Positions 57,186 through 64,000 of a stretch of 64,000 nt of DNA are shown one piece after another. Source of the stretch: Squalus acanthias (lineage: Eukaryota); the NCBI GenBank assembly GCA_030390025.1, contig CM059431.1:94552001-94616000 (forward strand), written 5' to 3'. Position 1 is the first letter of the stretch; each line of letters opens with the position of its first letter. The notes under the pieces are model-generated. The model saw only the letters and a program-made list of their open reading frames with translations. It had not been told where the DNA came from and made no database searches. The translations under genes and the position numbers were made by a program.

Positions 57186-58911
57186 AGTCTCTTAGCAAGC
57201 AAAGTTATGAAGGCCAAAAACCAAAGTACCAGCGAAGTTATGATCAGTAGCCAAAACTACCTCACACAGCATTGACTCAATGCAGAAGTCTCTCTTTCTC
57301 TCTCTCCGAATCTCTCTCTCTCTCTCTCAGAACGAGTGGTGCAAAAATGTCAACCACAGAGAAAGACAGGAAGAGGCCCCCTTTAAATAGCGCCCCCCCC
57401 CCCCCCAGCCCCACAGCGATTGATAGCGTTCCAGTCTTCGGTCGTTGGATGCGCCAGGCGGTAAGGATGGGGGCGCCACTCAATTTCTGCTCCGGGGCGC
57501 CACAAGGGCGTTGCACCCTCGTATGACGTCAGAATCTGCGTGCGCAGGAGATCGCGGCGATTAAGTTTAGCGCTGCCGCAAAATGTCTAGTTAAGTTCGC
57601 GAGCGGCACAAACTTCGGTGCGCCTGCGCGCTAGCTGCTTTGCGCCCCATTAGCGCCCTCTTAAGGCGCTAACGGGAGGCGCAACCAACTGAATTTTTAG
57701 CCCTTTGAGTCCTCTGCACAACTTGTTTTCCCACCCATCTTTGTATCATCTGCAAACTTGGCTACATTACACTTGATCCCTTCATCCAAGTCATTAATGT
57801 AGATTGTAAATAGTTGGGGCCCCAGCACCGATCCTTGTGGCACCCCACTAGTTACCGTTTGCCAACCAGAAAATGACCCATTTATCCCGACTCTCTGCTT
57901 TCTGTTAGTTAGCCAATTCTCTATCCATGCTAATATATTACCCCCAACTCCGTGAGCTCTTATCTTATGCAGTAACCTTTTATGAGGCACCTTATTGAAT
58001 GCCTTCTGGAAATCCAAATACACCACATCCACTGGCTCACCCTTGTCCACCCTGCTTGTTACATCCTCAAAGAACTCCAGCAAATTTGTTAAACATGATT
58101 TCCCTTTCCTAAAACCATGCTGACTCTGTTTGACTGCAGTATGTTTTTCTAAATGCCCTGCTACTGCTTCCTTAATGAAGGACTCCAGCATTTTCCCAAC
58201 GACAGATGTTAGACTAACTGGTCTATAGTTTCCTGCTTTCTGTCTCCCTCCTTTCTTAAATAGGGGTGTTACATTAGCGGTTTTCCAATCCGCTGGGACC
58301 TCTCCAGAGTCCAGGGAATTTTGGTATATTGCAACCAATGCATCCACTATCTCTGTAGCCACTTCTTTTAAGACCCTGGGATGCAGGCCATCTGGTCCAG
58401 GGGACTTGTCGTCTTTTAGTCCCATTATTTTAGCGAGTACTATTTCCTTAGTGATAGTGATTGTCTTTAGTTCCCCACTCCCTGTGGCCCCTTGATTATC
58501 CATTATTGGGATGTTGTTAGTGTCTTCTACTGTGAAGACAGATGCAAAATATTTGTTCAGATTCTCTGCCATTTCCACGTTCCGTATTATTAATTCCCCA
58601 GTCTCATCCTCTAAGGGACCAATGTTTACTTTAGCTACCCTCTTCCTTTTTATATACCTGTAGAAGCTCTTACTGTCTGTTTTAATGTTTCTTGCCAGCT
58701 TATTCTCATAATTCATCTTCTCTCTCTTTATTATTTTTTTAGTCATCCTTTGCTGGTTTTTAAAATGAGATAATGACCAGTTAATCTGTTCTGGTGGTGT
58801 TGGTTGAGAGATAAATGTTGACCATGATACAGTGAGAACTTCCTGCTCTTCTTCAAATAGTGCCAGGGGATTTTTTAAAACAGGAAAATTATATTAATTT
58901 CAAAACTTAAT

Positions 58912-59325
58912 TGCTTGATCGGCACCCCATTCACCACCTTAAACTCCTTCCACCACCAGGGCACCGTGGCTGCAGTGTGTACAAGATGCATTGCAGCAAC
59001 TTGCCAAAGCTTCTTTGGCCGCACCTCCCAAACCCAGGACCTCTACCATCTAGAAGGACAAGGGCAACAGGCACATTGGAACACCACCACCTCCAAGTTC
59101 CCCTCCAAGTCACTCACCATCCTAGCTTGGAAATATATCGCCGATCCTTCATCGTCGCTGGGTCAAAATCAAGTAACTCGCTATCGAACAGCACTGTGGG
59201 AGTACCTTCGCCACATGGACTGCAGCAGTTCAATAAGGCAGCTCACCACCACCTTCTCAAGGGCAATTAGGGATGGGCAATAAATGCTGGTCTTGCCAGC
59301 GATACCCACATCTCGTGAATGAATT
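58912..59325 (+). mobile_element. 3' end of another non-LTR retrotransposon (CR1-clade-like)
   Basis: Degenerate LHH...VAAVC..Y.MHC...P.LL..HLPNP...KAAHHHLLKGN peptide, AATAAA and a (TGAA) tail. Clade uncertain. Confidence 0.6.
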
Positions 59326-59549
59326 AAAAAAAAATTCTGGCAGTGTTTTGGGCTGTTTTTAGACTGATTGAGAATCAAATATTTGCAAAAACAGCTCAAG
59401 GACAAGATAATGTAAATTTTACAAGTGCATGCTCCCAGTACAGACCCTCACCCACTGGGAGTGCATATCAGAAAATCATGAAAAGCTGCCTAGTACATCA
59501 GGTAATCATGGGAATACTTACTTTTATTTCCCATCCAAATGAAGTGACA

Positions 59550-59772
59550 TGAGTGAAGGGGAGAGAGATCAACACAGATAAAGACAGACGCAGAAGTGGA
59601 GCAGAGATAGTTAGATAGAAGTGAAGGGGTGCAAAGGAGGCAGAAATGAAGGAGAGAGAGAGATAGACAGAGGTGAAGGGGAGAGAAATAGATAGAAGTG
59701 AAGGAGAGAGTGTTAGACAGAAGTGAAGGAGAGAGTTAGTCAGATGTGAAGGAGAGAAGTAGACAGAAGTGA
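59550..59772 (+). repeat. Low-complexity purine-rich degenerate tandem repeat
   Basis: Recurrent GAAGTGAAGGAGAGAG and TAGACAG units. Confidence 0.7.
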
Positions 59773-62669
59773 AACATAGAAACATAGAAACATAGAAGAT
59801 AGGAGCAGGAGTAGGCCAATCGGCCCCTCGAGCCTGCTCCGCCATTCAATGAGATCATGGCTGATCATCCACATTCAGTACCCTGTCCCTACTTTCTCCC
59901 CATATCCCTTGATCCCTTTAGCCTTAAGAAATATATCTAACTCCTTGAATATATTTAATGAATTGGCCTCAACTGCCTTCTGTGGTAAAGAATTCCACAG
60001 GTTCACCACTCTCTGGGTCAAGAAATTCCTCCTCATTCCAGTCCTAAATGGCTTATCCCTTATCCTTAGACTGTGACCCCTGGTTCTGGACTCTCCTGCC
60101 ATCGGGAACATCCTTCCAGTATCTAGTCTGTCTAGTCCTGTTAGAATTTTATAAGTTTCAATGAGATCCCCTCTCATTCTTCTAAACTCTAGCGAATATA
60201 AGCCTAATCGACCCAATCTCTCTTCATATGTCATTCCTGCCATCCCAGGTATCAGTCTGGTGAATCTTCGCTGCACTCCCTCCATGGCAAGAACATCCTT
60301 CCTCAGATAAGGCGACCAAAACTGCACACAATACTCAAGGTGTGGTCTCACCAAGGCCCTGTACAACTGCAGCAAGACATCTTTGCTCCTGTACTCGAAT
60401 CCTCTCGCTATGAAGGCCAACATACCATTTCCCTTCTTAACCGCCTGCTGCACCTGCATGCTTACCTTCAGCGACTGGTGCACAAGGACTCCCAGGTCTT
60501 GTTGCACTTCCCCTTTTCCCAATCTATTGTCGTTCACATAATAATCTGGCTTCCTGTTTTTGCCACCAAAGTGGATAACCTCGCATTTATCCACATTATA
60601 CTGCATCTGCTATGTATCTGCCCAATCAACCAACCTGTTCAAATCATACTAGAGTTTCTCTGCATCCTACTCACAGCACACACGCCCACCCAGCTTTGTG
60701 TCGTCTGCAAACTTGGAGATATTACATCGAGTTCCCTCGTCTAGATCATTAATATATATTGTGAATAGCTGGGGTCCTAGCACCGATCCCTGCGGTACCC
60801 CACTAGTCACTGCCTGCCACTCGGAAAAAGACCCGTTTATTCCAACTCTTTGCTTCCTGTCTGCCAAACAGTTCTCTAGCCAAGTCAGCACCTTACCCCC
60901 AATCACATGTGCTTTAACTTTGCACGCTAATCTCTTGTGCGGGACCTTATCGAAAGCTTTCTGAAAGTCCAAATACACCACATCCACTGGTTCTCCCTTA
61001 TCTATTCTACCAGTTACATCCTCAAAAAATTCCAGTAGATTAGTCAAGCATGATTTACCTTTTGTAAATCCATGTTGACTTTGTCCGATCCTGTCACTGT
61101 TTTCCAAGTGCTCAGCTATTACATCTTTTATAATGGATTCTAGCATTTTCCCCACTACCGATGTCAGGCTTACCGGTCTATAAATCCTCGTTTTCTCTCT
61201 ATCACCTTTTTTAAATAGTGGGGTTACATTAGCTACCCTCCAATCCATGGGAACTGTTCCAGAGTCTATAGAATTTTGGAAGAGGACCAGCAATACATCT
61301 ACTATTTCTAGGGCCACTTCCTTAAGTACCCTAGGATGTAGATTATCAGGCCCAGGGGATATATCGGCCTTCAATCCCGTCAATTTCCCTGACACCATTT
61401 CCCTGCAAAAACTGATTTCATTCAGTTCCTCCCTCTCAGTAGACCCTATGTTCCCCGACATCTCTGGGAGGTTATTTGTGTCCTCCTTTGTGAAGACAGA
61501 ACCAAAGTATGTATTTAATTGGTCTGCCATTTCTTTGTTCCCCGTTATATATTCCCTGAATCTGACTGCAAGGGACCTACGCTTGACTTCACCAATCTTT
61601 TTCTCTTCACATATATATAGAAGCTTTTACAGTCAGTTTTTATGTTCCCTGAAAGCTTACTCTCATATTCTATTTTCCCCCTCTTAATTAATCCCTTTGT
61701 CCTCCTTTGCTGAATCCTCAAATGCTCCCAATCCTCAGGTTTGCTGATTTTTCTGGCCAATTTATATGTCCTCTCCTTGGACCTTATGCTATCCCTAATT
61801 TCCCTTGTTAGCCACGGTTGTGCCACCTTTTTTGTTTTCTTTTTATGCCAGACAGGGATGAACAAATTCTGTAGTTCATCCATGTGATCTTTAAATGTTT
61901 GCCATTGCCTATCCACCGTCAACCCTTTAAGTAACGTTCCCCAATCCATCCTAGCCAACTCGAGCCTCATACCATCGTAGTATCCTTTATTTAATTTCAG
62001 GACCCTAGTCTCTGAGTCAACTACTTCACTCTCCATCTTAATGAAGAATTCTATCATATTATGATTGCTCCTCCCCAAGGGGCCTCGCACAACAAGATTG
62101 CTAATTAATCCTTTCTCATTACATAATACCCAGTCTAAGATGGCCTGATTTCCAGTTGGTTCCTCGACATATTGGTCCAGGAAACCATCCCGTATACACT
62201 CTAGGAATTCCTACTCCACAGTATTGTTACTAATTTGGTTAGCCCAATCTATATGTAGATTAAAGTCACCCATGATAACTGCTGTGCCCTTATTGCACGC
62301 ATCTCTAATTTCCCATTTAATGCCATCCCCAACCTCAGCATTACTGTTTGGGGGTATGTATACAACTCCCACTAACGTTTTCCACCCCTTAGTATTTCGC
62401 AGCTCTACCCATACAAATTCCACATCATCAGAGCTAATATCCTTCCTTACTATTGTGTTAATCTCCTCTTTAACCAGCAATGCTACCCCGCCTCCTTTCC
62501 TTTTTGCCTGTCCTTCCTGAATATTGAATACCCCTGGATGTTGAATTCCCAGCCTTGGTCACCCTGGAGCCATGTCTCCGTAATCCCAATTATATCATAT
62601 CCGTTTACATCTATTTGCGCAGCTAATTCATCCACCTTATTATGAATGGTCCTCGCATTAAGACACAAA
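59773..62669 (-). mobile_element. CR1 LINE, nearly complete ORF2 (APE plus RT) with stops
   Basis: [33 protein letters not shown] and HLEYCVQFWSP motifs, with a (GAAACATA)n tail. Confidence 0.95.
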
Positions 62670-63337
62670 GGGGGGAAAATTCAGTTGGTTTGCGCCTCCC
62701 ATTAGCACCTTAAGGGGGTGCTAATGGGGCGCAAAGCAACTAGCGCCTGGGTGCGGCGATGTCTGCGCCGCTCGCGAAATCGACCAGACATTTTGTGGCG
62801 GCGCTAAACAATACCACCCCGATCTCCTGCGCCCGCAGATCTTGACGTCATTCGAGCATGCAACGCCCTTGTGGTGCCCCGGACCGAATATTGAGTGGCA
62901 CCTCCCTCCTTTCCGCCTGGCGCAAGCAATGACAGGTAGACTGGAACATTTCCCAGTCGGTGTGGGGCTGGGGGGGGCGCTATTTAAAGGCAGTCTCTTC
63001 CTGGCTTTTTCTGTGGTAGACATCTTTGCACCACTCATTCTGACAGAGAGAGAGATTCTGAGAGAGAGAAGGAGAAAGTTCTGCATAGAGTCGACGCTGT
63101 GTGAAGTAGTTTTGGCTACTGAGCATCACTTTGCAGGTACTTTTGTTTTTGACCTTCATTACTTTGATTGCCAAGAGACTATGGGGGCTGCACTTATTGG
63201 GGGCGTCGTCCTGCGCCTGCAGATTCGGAGGCAACAGAGACGCAGAGAGAGAGTGGCAATCATGGCCAGACGGAATGGGCCAACAGGCCTCTGTACAGGA
63301 GACCTTACCCTCCCAGGTTATTTCGCCAACAATTGAG
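62670..63337 (+). mobile_element. Harbinger family B transposase-side end, cut by a CR1
   Basis: TIR GGGGGGAAAATTCAG. Reverse-complement homolog of about 57040-57703. MGAALIGGVVLR starts at 63181. Confidence 0.9.
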
Positions 63338-64000
63338 TGAGGAGGACATAAAAAACCTGCAAGGGGACATAGACAGGCTAAGTAAGTGGGCAGAGATTTG
63401 GCAGATGGAATACAACACTGGAAAGTGTGAGGTGATGCACTTTGGCAGGAAAAATCCTAGAGCAATTTATTATCTTAATGGCAAGAAACTGGAGAGTACT
63501 GAAGTGCAAAGGGATCTGGGGGTCCTGGTGCACGAAACTCAAAAGGTTAGTATGCAGGTGCAGCAAGTGATTAAGAAGGCAAATGGAATGTTGGCTTTCA
63601 TTGCTAGGGGGATAGAATATAAAAATAGGGAGGTATTGCTTCAGTTGTACAAGGTATTGGTGAGACCGCACCTGGAATACTGCATACAGTTTTGGTGTCC
63701 TTACTTAAGGAAAGACATCCTTGCTCTCGAGGCAGTGCAAAAAAGGTTCACTCGGTTAATCCCGGGGATGAGGGGGTGGTCATATGAGGAGAGGTTGGGT
63801 AGATTGGGACTCTACTCATTGGAGTTCAGAAGAATGAGAGGCGATCTTATTGAAACATATAAGATTGTGAAGGGGTTGGATCGGGTGGATGCGGGGAGGA
63901 TGTTCCCGATGACGGGTGAGACTAGAACTAGGGGACATAGTCTTAGAATAAGGGGCTGCTCTTTCAAAACTGAGATGAGGAGGAACTACTTCACTCAGAG
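63338..64000 (+). mobile_element. CR1 LINE 3' fragment running off the window
   Basis: LQGDIDRL..WA..WQM, LVRPHLEYCIQFW and RRMRGDLIETYKI motifs. Confidence 0.92.

Larger units (their letters stand above)
53488..57703. mobile_element. Full-length Harbinger/PIF transposon, family B (4216 bp), TSD TTT
   Basis: 15-bp TIRs GGGGGAAAAATTCAG and CTGAATTTTTAGCCC. TTT at 53485-53487 and 57704-57706. CR1 sequence is continuous across the insertion. Confidence 0.96.
52601..58764 (-). mobile_element. CR1 (HER1-like) LINE 3' portion, interrupted by a Harbinger
   Basis: RT ORFs 57697-58746 (FADD) and 52737-53432, with a (CATAAGAA)n tail at 52600-52625. Confidence 0.95.
52474..58875 (-). mobile_element. 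DeuSINE-like SINE split in two (52474-52600 and about 58765-58875) by a CR1 insertion
   Basis: ...CCCACAAACAGCA rejoins ATGAGATAATGACCAG..., matching the reverse complement of the SINE at 18235-18622. Confidence 0.7.

Overview
This window is eukaryotic, almost entirely transposon-derived DNA. The repeat content (HE1-type V-SINE, DeuSINEs, HER1/CR1 LINEs, Penelope) points to a cartilaginous fish; this is an inference. I could not support any host protein-coding gene. Main contents: (1) A nearly intact 10.1-kb class I (gamma/epsilon-like) endogenous retrovirus on the minus strand (41475-51606), with a TCTG target-site duplication (TSD), ~99% identical LTRs, a tRNA-Gln primer-binding site and an in-frame UGA gag-pol junction. 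It has four nonsense codons and a Harbinger-derived element inside gag. (2) At least eight Harbinger/PIF copies or derivatives from two main families, with a spliced Myb/SANT gene facing a DDE transposase. The copy at 53488-57703 retains an intact spliced Myb/SANT ORF. (3) Two long solo LTRs with 4-bp TSDs (659-1989 and 30608-32219); the second carries a 178-codon ORF in its U3 region. (4) A decayed envelope-like relic near 3.4-3.9 kb that does not look like a gamma-type env. (5) Many CR1, L2 and Penelope fragments, SINEs, MITEs and minisatellites, often nested three deep. All family assignments come from motif recognition by eye, without database searches.
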